Assembly: GCA_964498295.1 (NCBI GenBank)
Contig: CAZCGJ010000003.1
Location: 1 to 35,560 of the forward strand
Direction: 5' to 3'
From: Candidatus Woesearchaeota archaeon
GTDB lineage: Archaea; Nanobdellota; Nanobdellia; Pacearchaeales; GW2011-AR1
Length of the DNA stretch: 35,560 nt
Positions 8,898 through 17,569 of the stretch are shown here, piece after piece (position 1 is the first letter of the stretch; the number at the start of each line of letters is the position of its first letter). The position numbers were made by a program, and so were the translations under genes. The notes beneath the pieces are model-generated. The model was not told the DNA's origin and did no database searches. It was given only the letters and a program-made list of their open reading frames with translations.

Positions 8898-9520
8898 AAT
8901 CTGAAATAGCAATTAAACAATTAAAGGAATTGAAAAAATTAATAATTATACACTCTGAAAAACCAAGACTTGCAGCAGAAGGATGGGATGAAGAATGGAA
9001 GACACTTATTGCAATAATGCTCTCAGCACAAACAAGAGACACTAAAACGATAGAAGTTTCTAATGAACTTTTTAAAAAATACTCTTCCGCTAAAAAATTA
9101 GGCGAAGCAAATCTAAAAGAAATTGAAAATCAAATTCGTTCAATAAATTATTATAAAACAAAAGCAAAGCATATCAAAGAAACCTCTCAAATTCTATCTA
9201 AGATAAGAATGCCTGAAACAGTTGAAGAACTAATTAAACTCCCAGGAGTAGGTAGAAAAACAGCCAACGTATTTTTAGTTGAAGCAAGAAACGCTGCAGC
9301 AATAGGAGTAGACACACATGTTTCCAGAATTGCAATAAAACTAGAGTGGACAAATAAAAAATTCGAAGACAAAGAAGGAATAGAAAAAGACTTAGAAAAA
9401 TTATTTCCTAAAAGATACTGGAATTCTATAAATTATATTTTAGTAACTTTTGGACAAACATACGGAAGAAGTCGAAAACAAGAAGATGAAATTTTTGAGA
9501 AAGTGAAGAAAATAAAATAA
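8894..9520 (+). CDS. nth: Endonuclease III-family HhH-GPD DNA glycosylase, lacking the Fe-S cysteine motif
   Basis: LIAIMLSAQTRD, LPGVGRKTA (HhH, catalytic Lys), VDTHV; no cysteines in the protein. Confidence 0.9.
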   Translation: MKSEIAIKQLKELKKLIIIHSEKPRLAAEGWDEEWKTLIAIMLSAQTRDTKTIEVSNELFKKYSSAKKLGEANLKEIENQIRSINYYKTKAKHIKETSQILSKIRMPETVEELIKLPGVGRKTANVFLVEARNAAAIGVDTHVSRIAIKLEWTNKKFEDKEGIEKDLEKLFPKRYWNSINYILVTFGQTYGRSRKQEDEIFEKVKKIK

Positions 9521-10333
9521 TTATTTATTCAACATTTTAAGCTGTTGTTTTACTATATGTTCATCTTCTGGATTTGTAACTCCGAACCACTTACCCTTCG
9601 CTTCATATAATTTCATTCTTATTTTTCCCTCTTTAATTAAGTTTGATAATTCTACAGGCAAAAAACACTCTGCTTTTCGATCCCCTTCAAATTTCATTTT
9701 AAAAGTATCTAATTTTTCTTTTAAATGATTTAAAGTTTCCTTATGAAGTCCAAAAAGATTCATACTACACAAATCACTTTCAGTATTTAGAGTAATATCC
9801 AAGTTCTGGCTATCTATCCCTAAAACTTCTTTTATTTCAATAATATTATTTTCATTATCGACACTAAATATCCCTCTATTGGTTTTTCCTTCAGTAGGAA
9901 TTACATCGCCTAACTTATACCCCATAGTTGCAGCAAATTCATTATTTTTCAAATGTTCAACTAAAATTTGAAAGTCTTTCTTTTCGTAAATATCGTCCCC
10001 ATTGCAAATAATAAAAGAACTATCAACTGCGCCATGAGCCGAGCAGAGCGCATCTGCAGTTCCCCAAGGCCTTTCCCTAGTTAATTCGTCAAAGTCTTGT
10101 TTTGCATAATGAATTTTAACCCCATTATACATGTCACCAAACTTATCTTTAAACAAAGAGTCAGTTTTTTTCCCAGTAACAAAAATTATTTTGTTAATTC
10201 CGGCAGAAATAGCTTCTTTCATAGAATATTCTATTAAAGTTTCATCATCCGGTCCAACAATAGCAAACTGCTTTGCCTTACCACCAAATCTACTAGACAT
10301 CCCCGCAACCATAAAAACAATCGCAATATCCAT
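9521..10333 (-). CDS. Sugar-phosphate nucleotidyltransferase family protein
   Basis: MVAGMSSRFGG.KQ, RERPWGTADA, CNGDDIY, WFGVTNPED. Confidence 0.88.
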   Translation of the reverse strand: MDIAIVFMVAGMSSRFGGKAKQFAIVGPDDETLIEYSMKEAISAGINKIIFVTGKKTDSLFKDKFGDMYNGVKIHYAKQDFDELTRERPWGTADALCSAHGAVDSSFIICNGDDIYEKKDFQILVEHLKNNEFAATMGYKLGDVIPTEGKTNRGIFSVDNENNIIEIKEVLGIDSQNLDITLNTESDLCSMNLFGLHKETLNHLKEKLDTFKMKFEGDRKAECFLPVELSNLIKEGKIRMKLYEAKGKWFGVTNPEDEHIVKQQLKMLNK

Positions 10334-10387
10334 AAAAAAGAGAATAACTGCCCGTTTAAAATACTTCCCAATAAACCAATAGAGAAA

Positions 10388-10460
10388 TAGCCCCTCCAGG
10401 ATTCGAACCTGGGTCCCGGGAGTCAGAGTCCCGGATCCTTGACCACTAGACTAAAGGGCT
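10388..10460 (-). tRNA. tRNA-Gln (anticodon CTG)
   Basis: Reverse complement AGCCCTTTAGTCTAGTGGTCAAGGATCCGGGACTCTGACTCCCGGGACCCAGGTTCGAATCCTGGAGGGGCTA; A1-U72 pair typical of archaeal tRNA-Gln; anticodon loop CTCTGAC. Confidence 0.95.
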
Positions 10461-10508
10461 TTCTTATTTTATTTCTTTAGGCTTTATGAACCAATCGTTT
10501 TGGTGCTT

Positions 10509-10522
10509 TAGACTAAAGGGCT
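10509..10522 (-). repeat. Exact 14-bp copy of the tRNA-Gln 5' end (partner 10447-10460)
   Basis: tagactaaagggct occurs at 10447-10460 and 10509-10522. Confidence 0.85.
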
Positions 10523-10560
10523 AAGTTATAAAATTAGAGCCGAATTTAAGTATAAAAATC

Positions 10561-11559
10561 TTAGTATTCCATTTCAATTCGCAGTTCCATCAAACAGAAC
10601 GTAAACTTACTAATCTGCATGAAATGTCTAGTTATACTTCTTGCATCCTTATTATTAGACTCTTTCCAATTAAAATGAGCATTATAAATATCAAAATCTG
10701 CCTCTCCAAAGTCAATTACTCCCTTTCTATCAAACTTATAGAAAAGATGATAATAATTCTCAAAATGTTTTTTAACAGTCTCTGCAAAAGACAACACTTC
10801 ATCTACTTTCTTCTTAGATCTTGCTAAATGATTACCAATATATTTGAACTCATCCCCTAATAATTCCAATAAAAACAAAGTCGAAAACATAACCGGCTTA
10901 TTTTTGTGAAAACTAGAATCGTTAATCTTATTATTTATTCTACAACAATAATCGATAAATCTATCAATATTAATATCCATAGTGTGTAAATTCTTACATA
11001 AGGAAATATCTCCAGTTTCATTATTCTTTATAGACTCAATAACCTTGTCAAATAATTCTATAATTAATAAGAAAATTCTTCTCAAAGAGTTATCGAACTC
11101 CTTTGCACTAGGCTCACCCATCTCACGAATAATACAAGAGTTGTTAGCAGTATCTATAATCTCCATACCTACAAATCGATCAACTAATTCCTGAATAGTT
11201 TCAAGAGGTGTTTTTTTTGCAGGTTTCTCCCCAAGACGTTTATATTCAAATTGATTAGAATAATAATTATAAGCGCCCTCAAAGTCCTTTTTAGTAGAGT
11301 CATAAACAAGTTTTATCTCATCATATCCTTCACGATATGCAGATTGGAAAAATCTCCAAAGCATGGGAATTCTTAAACCAGTAATATCAATAGTGGTAGA
11401 TTTGAAACCATTATGTTGTTTTCCATTAACAATTAAACTCCCGCCATCCTCAAGAACATCGACCTCATCGCCAGCAGAAAGATTAAGTTTTTTAGACCAC
11501 TCAGTAGGAAGTGTTAACGTCAGCGTGTTGTGACCCTGTTTTATGATCTTCCTTTTCAT
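10561..11559 (-). CDS. AbrB-type DNA-binding domain plus PhoU-like domains (archaeal phosphate-uptake-regulator family)
   Basis: MKRKIIKQGHNTLTLTLPTEW..LSAGDEV; SAYREGYDEI; GMEII; DINIDRFIDYCCR; LELLGD. Confidence 0.85.
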   Translation of the reverse strand: MKRKIIKQGHNTLTLTLPTEWSKKLNLSAGDEVDVLEDGGSLIVNGKQHNGFKSTTIDITGLRIPMLWRFFQSAYREGYDEIKLVYDSTKKDFEGAYNYYSNQFEYKRLGEKPAKKTPLETIQELVDRFVGMEIIDTANNSCIIREMGEPSAKEFDNSLRRIFLLIIELFDKVIESIKNNETGDISLCKNLHTMDINIDRFIDYCCRINNKINDSSFHKNKPVMFSTLFLLELLGDEFKYIGNHLARSKKKVDEVLSFAETVKKHFENYYHLFYKFDRKGVIDFGEADFDIYNAHFNWKESNNKDARSITRHFMQISKFTFCLMELRIEMEY

Positions 11560-11591
11560 ACAAATATTATGTTTACAATATATTTAAAGTT

Positions 11592-11654
11592 TACTCAATA
11601 GGGAATATATTCACCATATACCTCACATACCTCATTATTCACTGATATACTCAC
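11592..11654. promoter_or_regulatory. Array of TA(T/C)TCAC-like direct repeats, putative operator
   Basis: tactcaa 11592, tattcac 11608, tacctcac 11619, tacctca 11628, tattcac 11636, tactcac 11648, just after TTTAAAGT at 11583. Confidence 0.45.
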
Positions 11655-11694
11655 AATGGACAATCAATAAATAAGAAAGAAAGTTAACTAGTTC

Positions 11695-12018
11695 ATGATA
11701 AAAATGATCGATACCCCTGCATACAGATTGTTATGGACGGAAGCCCAACAGTGGATTCAAACAAATATAAGAGAAATAGCTGAAAGCGATTTAGAAAGTG
11801 AAGATCTTGCTAGCCGATTTGTTCGCGTCGCTGCAGCCGCTTATTACACAAATATCGAAGATTATTCACCAGGGACAGAAGACCCATTAGGATTACGAGG
11901 ATTACAAAATAGCCCAGAATTAGAAACCCTCCTTTCAAGAATAAAAGCTACAGACAGACACGAATACGCAAAAGAAGCAATAAGACAACACTACAAAGAA
12001 GCACAAAAAGCAAGCTAG
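11695..12018 (+). CDS. Hypothetical protein
   Basis: 107-aa ORF with protein-like composition, divergent from the regulator. Confidence 0.6.
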   Translation: MIKMIDTPAYRLLWTEAQQWIQTNIREIAESDLESEDLASRFVRVAAAAYYTNIEDYSPGTEDPLGLRGLQNSPELETLLSRIKATDRHEYAKEAIRQHYKEAQKAS

Positions 12019-12208
12019 TTTTAAAAAAAATTTTCTAGTAGAAACTAAATTAATTGACAAAAAGAGTATAAATCTCAATAAAAGAGAAATCAATATATTG
12101 ACACTATTCTCATTATACTTACAGATATTCACTGACCAAACAAGAGAGAGATATACTTCTTGAAAATATACGGACAAGCAATATAACAAAAATTAATTTC
12201 TTTATTTC

Positions 12209-13438
12209 ATGAGAAAATTAAATATGACTCAAATAGGGCATGACTCGGAATGGTTTCATGCAAAAGCATTTCCTGCACTTCAAAGTGGAAAAATAAGAAA
12301 AAAAATAAAATTAGAAGGAGTCTGCGGAATTTATTCAACGCCAGAAGATGCAATAGAACACTTAAAGGAAAGAAAGGGAAACAAAATAGCACAGGCAACG
12401 GCTAAAAATTATGGAGCTAGAAATATAGAAGCAGAAACAAAAAGCATTGACGACATGATTGAACTGATTGAGACAGGAAAACTTACCTATCATCACGTAA
12501 ATGGGGATTTTAGCCTTCCGCTAAAAGCACATGAGGGAAAAAACAAAGTAGTCTACATATGTTCTATGAACAGAACACACTACGGATACTTAAAAGACGC
12601 AGTCTCTCACGGAGCACATGTAATCTTAGAAAAACCAGCAGTAGTCGTAATGGATGAAAAAGGAAATGCAGATGATTTTCAACTAAAAGAATTAGAAGAA
12701 GTAGTAAAATCCTGTCCGGAATCCCAAAGAATGATAGATGCTGAACACTATGCACATAAAGAAGCATCCACCATATTTTATTCAAAACTAGAAGATATCT
12801 TGGGAAAAGAAAAAATAGAAAAAATAGAATGCACTTTATATGAACCAGATAAGACAGACAAACCAAGAAATGTTAACTTACTAAATAAAAAATCAAGAAC
12901 CGGACTTTTAACAGACACAGGCGTACACTTACTTTCGTTCGTTTCAAATTTGGGCGGAACCGCAACACCTATTCCAGAAACAATAAAATATGGAATACAT
13001 CCAAAATATGAAGTTGAAACAAGCGTAAATGCAAAATATACTATAGAAAATAATCAAGGAGAATATTTTGCAGAAGGCGCCACAGTATCTTTAGATTTAG
13101 AAAAGTTCTCTGAAGAAAGAAAGAATCCTACCGCACAAAAAACAGAGAAAAAAGTAATATTCACTCTAACGGATAAATCCCAAGTAGTAATAGATTTACT
13201 CACAAACACAGTTATTAAAATAAATAGCAATGGTAAAGCAAGAAACTTCAAACTTGGCAAAAAATACGATCCCAATGAATATATGAATGTAATGCAAGAT
13301 GCTTATGAAACTATAACTGGAAAAAAAGCAAAAGCAAGATCAGATTTAAGAGACTCTGTAAGAACCATGAGAGCAATATATGAAACATATAAAATTGCAC
13401 CGATAACAGATAATACAAATATAGAGGCAAGATACTAA
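12209..13438 (+). CDS. Divergent Gfo/Idh/MocA-family oxidoreductase
   Basis: VYICSMNRTH...GAHVILEKP and GLLTDTGVHLL motifs; the Rossmann glycine motif is degenerate. Confidence 0.75.
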   Translation: MRKLNMTQIGHDSEWFHAKAFPALQSGKIRKKIKLEGVCGIYSTPEDAIEHLKERKGNKIAQATAKNYGARNIEAETKSIDDMIELIETGKLTYHHVNGDFSLPLKAHEGKNKVVYICSMNRTHYGYLKDAVSHGAHVILEKPAVVVMDEKGNADDFQLKELEEVVKSCPESQRMIDAEHYAHKEASTIFYSKLEDILGKEKIEKIECTLYEPDKTDKPRNVNLLNKKSRTGLLTDTGVHLLSFVSNLGGTATPIPETIKYGIHPKYEVETSVNAKYTIENNQGEYFAEGATVSLDLEKFSEERKNPTAQKTEKKVIFTLTDKSQVVIDLLTNTVIKINSNGKARNFKLGKKYDPNEYMNVMQDAYETITGKKAKARSDLRDSVRTMRAIYETYKIAPITDNTNIEARY

Positions 13439-14235
13439 TGGCATTTTTTAAAAGAGAAAAATTAATAGAACAAGGTTATAAAATAAACGAAAGAAAATTT
13501 AAAGACGTATTTGAAATCTTGAAACATTATGAAATATTTGGTTTACCTTCCTTGAACTTCAGAGGAGAAGAAGAGATATACTGGGGAGCAGAATACAATA
13601 AAACCCCTAAAAAACCAAACAAAACAGAAGTACCAAATATTATAATTTATCCATATGGGAGCCTAATGGGAACAACATATGGACATGAACATACAGAATT
13701 AGAAAATGGAGACACCCGTCTCGCACAAGAACTTTATGAATTTTTAACATACGGGGCCATGCTTCTCCTGGGAAAAGGCTACGCAAATCTTGTTCTATGT
13801 AGGCCTAGAGAAAAAGTACTCGTTAGAACAGACGAAAGTATGGCTTTATATAATATGTCGGACACTCCGCTACAAACTCTTGACTATGCAAATCCTAAAA
13901 AAAACTCAGCATCAAAAAAACTTCAGAAAGAAATAGGCCCTCCAATGATAATATGGAGAACAGGTTATGAAACAACCTTCAGAACAAATCCAAAATATCG
14001 AGAAAGAGACTTATTTAACGGCCGGAGAAATAGCGTCACAATAAGATCAAAAGAAAGTGAAGAAAAATTATTTGAATTAATGAGTACACAAAGACAGGAT
14101 TTTGCAGAAGCAGGAATAAACCTAATTTTCGGAGGAAATATACCTGCAGCACTGCAAAAAGATTTTTCAAAACCACTAGAAATTCTTGCAGAAGAAGAAA
14201 ATGAAGTGTTATTAAAACTATTAAATATGTCATGA
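13438..14235 (+). CDS. Cupin protein resembling archaeal (cupin-type) glucose-6-phosphate isomerase
   Basis: TYGHEH...ELYEFLTYGAMLL resembles the T.GH.H...E.Y..L.G...LL cupin motif; the second-motif His is not evident. Confidence 0.5.
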   Translation: MAFFKREKLIEQGYKINERKFKDVFEILKHYEIFGLPSLNFRGEEEIYWGAEYNKTPKKPNKTEVPNIIIYPYGSLMGTTYGHEHTELENGDTRLAQELYEFLTYGAMLLLGKGYANLVLCRPREKVLVRTDESMALYNMSDTPLQTLDYANPKKNSASKKLQKEIGPPMIIWRTGYETTFRTNPKYRERDLFNGRRNSVTIRSKESEEKLFELMSTQRQDFAEAGINLIFGGNIPAALQKDFSKPLEILAEEENEVLLKLLNMS

Positions 14236-15164
14236 AAAAAGCAATAGTTACCGGAGGTGCAGGCTTTATAGGAAGCAACCTAGTAGATATGTTAATTGAA
14301 AATAAATTCTCAGTTACAATAATTGATAATCTCTCAACCGGAAAACAAGAAAATGCAAATCCTCTAGCAAAAATATATGTAGAAGATTTAAGAAATTTTG
14401 ATAATATAAAAAAAATATTTGAAAAAGAAAAACCAGATTTCATATTTCACTTGGCGGCTAAAATAAATGTAAGAGAATCCCTAGATAACCCTATTGAATA
14501 TGCATTACACAATATTCTGTGTACCTTAAACCTATTAGAATTGTCTGTTAAAAATAATGTAAAACACTTTGTATTTTCATCTACAGGCGGAGCAATATAC
14601 GGAGATGGATCAGAAATACCTACTCCAGAAACATCACCCTCATTCCCCTTAAGCCCCTATGGTTGTTCTAAATATTCGATTGAGAAATATTTAATATATT
14701 ACAGTAAAATAAAAGGATTAAAATTTACATGTCTTCGTTATGCAAATGTATATGGGCCAAGACAAAATCCGGAAGGAGAAGCAGGAGTTATTTCAATATT
14801 TTTTCAAAATATGTTTGCAAACAAAACACCTGCAATATTTGGAGGAATCCAAACAAGAGACTTTGTTTATGTAAAAGATGTAGCAAGAGCCAATATTCTA
14901 GCTTTGGAAGATCAAAAAAGCAATGTCTATAACATCGGAACAGGAAAAGAAACAGACATAATAGAAATATTCAATAGAATAAACAAATACTTTAAAGATA
15001 AGTTTTCACCAGAATATAAGCCCATGATTGCGGGGGAACAGAAGAGAAGTTGCTTAAGTTACGCAAAAATAAAGAAGCAGCTAGGATGGACTCCTAGAAC
15101 AACACTTACTGAAGGATTAAACAATACTTACTGCTGGTACCTGGGTAGCCTCAAAAAACACTAA
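14232..15164 (+). CDS. NAD-dependent epimerase/dehydratase (GalE-like, extended SDR)
   Basis: VTGGAGFIGS, HLAA, SSTGGAIYG, YGCSK (YxxxK), RYANVYGPRQ, TRDFVYV. Confidence 0.93.
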   Translation: MKKAIVTGGAGFIGSNLVDMLIENKFSVTIIDNLSTGKQENANPLAKIYVEDLRNFDNIKKIFEKEKPDFIFHLAAKINVRESLDNPIEYALHNILCTLNLLELSVKNNVKHFVFSSTGGAIYGDGSEIPTPETSPSFPLSPYGCSKYSIEKYLIYYSKIKGLKFTCLRYANVYGPRQNPEGEAGVISIFFQNMFANKTPAIFGGIQTRDFVYVKDVARANILALEDQKSNVYNIGTGKETDIIEIFNRINKYFKDKFSPEYKPMIAGEQKRSCLSYAKIKKQLGWTPRTTLTEGLNNTYCWYLGSLKKH

Positions 15165-15201
15165 GACAAAGCTTTATAAATTAACTTTTTTTAAGAAAAA
15201 C

Positions 15202-15309
15202 ATGAAAAGATCATCAAGACGTTGGAAGAAGAAAAATCAAATGCGTTGGAAGTGGCAGCGTAAAAGATTAAAGAAGGAAAAGAGAAAAAGAAAATTAAAG
15301 AGAGGATAA
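15202..15309 (+). CDS. rpl41e: Ribosomal protein eL41 (L41e/eS32), 35 aa
   Basis: Below ORF-track cutoff. MKRSSRRWKKKNQMRWKWQRKRLKKEKRKRKLKRG matches the archaeal eL41 WKKK..MRWKW pattern; TTTATAAA 29 nt upstream. Confidence 0.88.
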   Translation: MKRSSRRWKKKNQMRWKWQRKRLKKEKRKRKLKRG

Positions 15310-15386
15310 ACTCTTTACTAATTAGATTTCTGAAATATATTTTCAATTGCCATCTTATTTATAAAATACAATTAAAGGAATAGAAT

Positions 15387-16133
15387 ATGGCTGACAAACT
15401 TTTTGGTTTTGACTTAGACGATACCTTAATGTTTAATCACCATTATTATTCTCTTGCACTTACAGAATTCATAAAGCACATTATAACTACATTAGGCCCA
15501 AGAACGCCTAATGCTCAGACAATTTTAGAACTACAAGCAAAGAGAGACCTAGCCGCAGCCAAAGCAAACGGTTTTGCTATGGAGAGATTCCCTACTTCTT
15601 GCGCAGAAACTTATTTAGAAATTGCAAATGCTATAGGCATTAATGCAGAAAAGGCAAGCGAAGGAGCTAAACAAGCATATGAAATTGGCACAAGAGTGTT
15701 CGATTCAAATTTTTGGATTAAAGACCTAATGCCAAATGCAATTAAAACTTTAGATTATTTAAAAGAGCAAGGAGACGAATTATTCATTTTAACCGCAGGA
15801 GATCCAAGAGTACAAAATAGAAAAATAGAATTTTACGGATTATCTAAATGGTTTGGAGACCAAATGCACGTAGTTCCACACCATAAAAAAGAAAAATTGA
15901 TCGAAATAGTATCTGGAAGAAATAAACATAATGTCTGGTTTGTTGGAAACTCTGCTAGAAGTGACATTGCTCCAGCATTAGAAATAGGTATTGGAGCAAT
16001 TTACATCCCGCAGGAAACATGGGCCTACGATAAGCACGACCTTGCTTCAGTAGACCAAAGCAGACTCATTACCTTGGACGAAATTGGAGAGATTCCAAGA
16101 ATCTATTCTTCAACACTTGCAACTAAAAATTAA
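15387..16133 (+). CDS. HAD-superfamily hydrolase (putative nucleotidase)
   Basis: FDLDDTL, LTAGD..VQNRKI, VGNSARSDI. Confidence 0.88.
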   Translation: MADKLFGFDLDDTLMFNHHYYSLALTEFIKHIITTLGPRTPNAQTILELQAKRDLAAAKANGFAMERFPTSCAETYLEIANAIGINAEKASEGAKQAYEIGTRVFDSNFWIKDLMPNAIKTLDYLKEQGDELFILTAGDPRVQNRKIEFYGLSKWFGDQMHVVPHHKKEKLIEIVSGRNKHNVWFVGNSARSDIAPALEIGIGAIYIPQETWAYDKHDLASVDQSRLITLDEIGEIPRIYSSTLATKN

Positions 16134-16240
16134 CTATATTTAGAGGAACATAAATACTTTAAACGGAGTGAAATGATGTTTCATGCATTTATCTTCCACA
16201 GAAGATAAATGCTTATAAACCATCAAGAAGAAAAACTATT

Positions 16241-17239
16241 ATGGAGACAAGTGATGTATGGACAGAGAAATACCGTCCAAAAAAGTTTGAAGAGGTCGTA
16301 GGTCAGGAAGAAATTCTTAAGAGAGTTAAATCATTAGTTAATTCATTAAATATACCTCATTTACTATTTGCAGGCCCAGCAGGCACTGGAAAGTCCACTT
16401 TAGCTCTAATAACTGTTAAACAATTATTTGGCGATTCCTGGAGAGAAAACTACCTAGAATTGAACGCTTCTGATGAAAGAGGTATTGATGTTGTTAGACA
16501 AAAAGTCAAAGATTTCGCAAGAACTAAAGCACTTGGAGATGTTCCTTTCAAAGTAATCTTCTTAGATGAAGCCGATGCTTTAACAAGAGAAGCTCAACAA
16601 GCGTTAAGAAGAACAATGGAAAACTACACCTCAACATGTAGATTTATTCTTTCTTGTAATTATTCTTCAAAAATCCTTGATCCCATCCAATCTCGTTGCG
16701 TAGTTTTCAGATTCCAACTATTAGAGAAAAAAGATATTAAAAGAAGAATTGAATTTATTGCACAAAATGAAGGATTAACAATAACTGCTGACGCCTTTGA
16801 TGCAATCTACGAAGCTTCAGAAGGCGATTGTAGAAGAGTTATCAACTTCTTACAAGCAACAGCAGCAATCTCACCAAATATAACTCCTGATTTAGTTAAC
16901 ACAATAGTTTCCAAAGCAAAACCTTCCGATATTAAAGTTGTTTTAGATTATGCTTTAGCTGGAGATTTCCAAGGCTCAAGAGAAAAATTATTAGATATTA
17001 TGTTAAAAGATTCTATTTCTGGACAAGATGTAATAAAAGGAATACAGAAAGAAATTTGGAATTTACAAATTGACAATGAAATCAAAGTTAGACTAACTGA
17101 AAAAACAGGAGAGGCAGAATTTAGACTAGTTGAGGGTTCAGATGAATTTATACAATTAGAAGCTCTACTTGCAAGTTTTGTTTTAGCAGGGCAGGGCGGC
17201 GGATTAAACTCTGGCGCAAGCATCGTCGGGAAAAAGTAA
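16241..17239 (+). CDS. rfcS: Replication factor C small subunit
   Basis: WTEKYRP, GPAGTGKS, ELNASDERG, LDEADAL, QSRC; no intein. Confidence 0.97.
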   Translation: METSDVWTEKYRPKKFEEVVGQEEILKRVKSLVNSLNIPHLLFAGPAGTGKSTLALITVKQLFGDSWRENYLELNASDERGIDVVRQKVKDFARTKALGDVPFKVIFLDEADALTREAQQALRRTMENYTSTCRFILSCNYSSKILDPIQSRCVVFRFQLLEKKDIKRRIEFIAQNEGLTITADAFDAIYEASEGDCRRVINFLQATAAISPNITPDLVNTIVSKAKPSDIKVVLDYALAGDFQGSREKLLDIMLKDSISGQDVIKGIQKEIWNLQIDNEIKVRLTEKTGEAEFRLVEGSDEFIQLEALLASFVLAGQGGGLNSGASIVGKK

Positions 17240-17240
17240 A

Positions 17241-17567
17241 ATGTTTCTATCTGATATGAGATATCTTGCAATAAGAAATAGTCTAAGACAAGTATTAAGA
17301 GACTCAAGAGACAGAATTGAAAAGGTAGAAGATTTTAGCGAACAATCAGCAGAAAAGGGGCGTATAAGCCAAGATTTTTTAAATAGATATATGAACGGTA
17401 TGGACTATCCCAGAGCTAATGTATTTTACAATGCAATAAGGAATCTTAGACAAAATAGTTTCCAAATACCTTACATAGGAATCACATATATTTCGAAGAA
17501 AGATAGAGTTTTAATTATGCAAGCAGAAACATTTGCTAAAGAAATAAAAGAAATAAGGAGAATCTAA
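17241..17567 (+). CDS. Hypothetical protein between rfcS and rfcL
   Basis: 108-aa ORF packed within 1-2 nt of both neighbours. Confidence 0.6.
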   Translation: MFLSDMRYLAIRNSLRQVLRDSRDRIEKVEDFSEQSAEKGRISQDFLNRYMNGMDYPRANVFYNAIRNLRQNSFQIPYIGITYISKKDRVLIMQAETFAKEIKEIRRI

Positions 17568-17569
17568 AT

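Noticed and set aside
11592-11654. Possible CRISPR or mini-array
   Set aside because: Units are only 7-8 bp, degenerate and lack spacers; no cas genes
12088-12103. CAATATATTG resembling an NrdR-box core
   Set aside because: Single copy with non-matching flanks, upstream of non-nucleotide genes; likely by chance in AT-rich DNA
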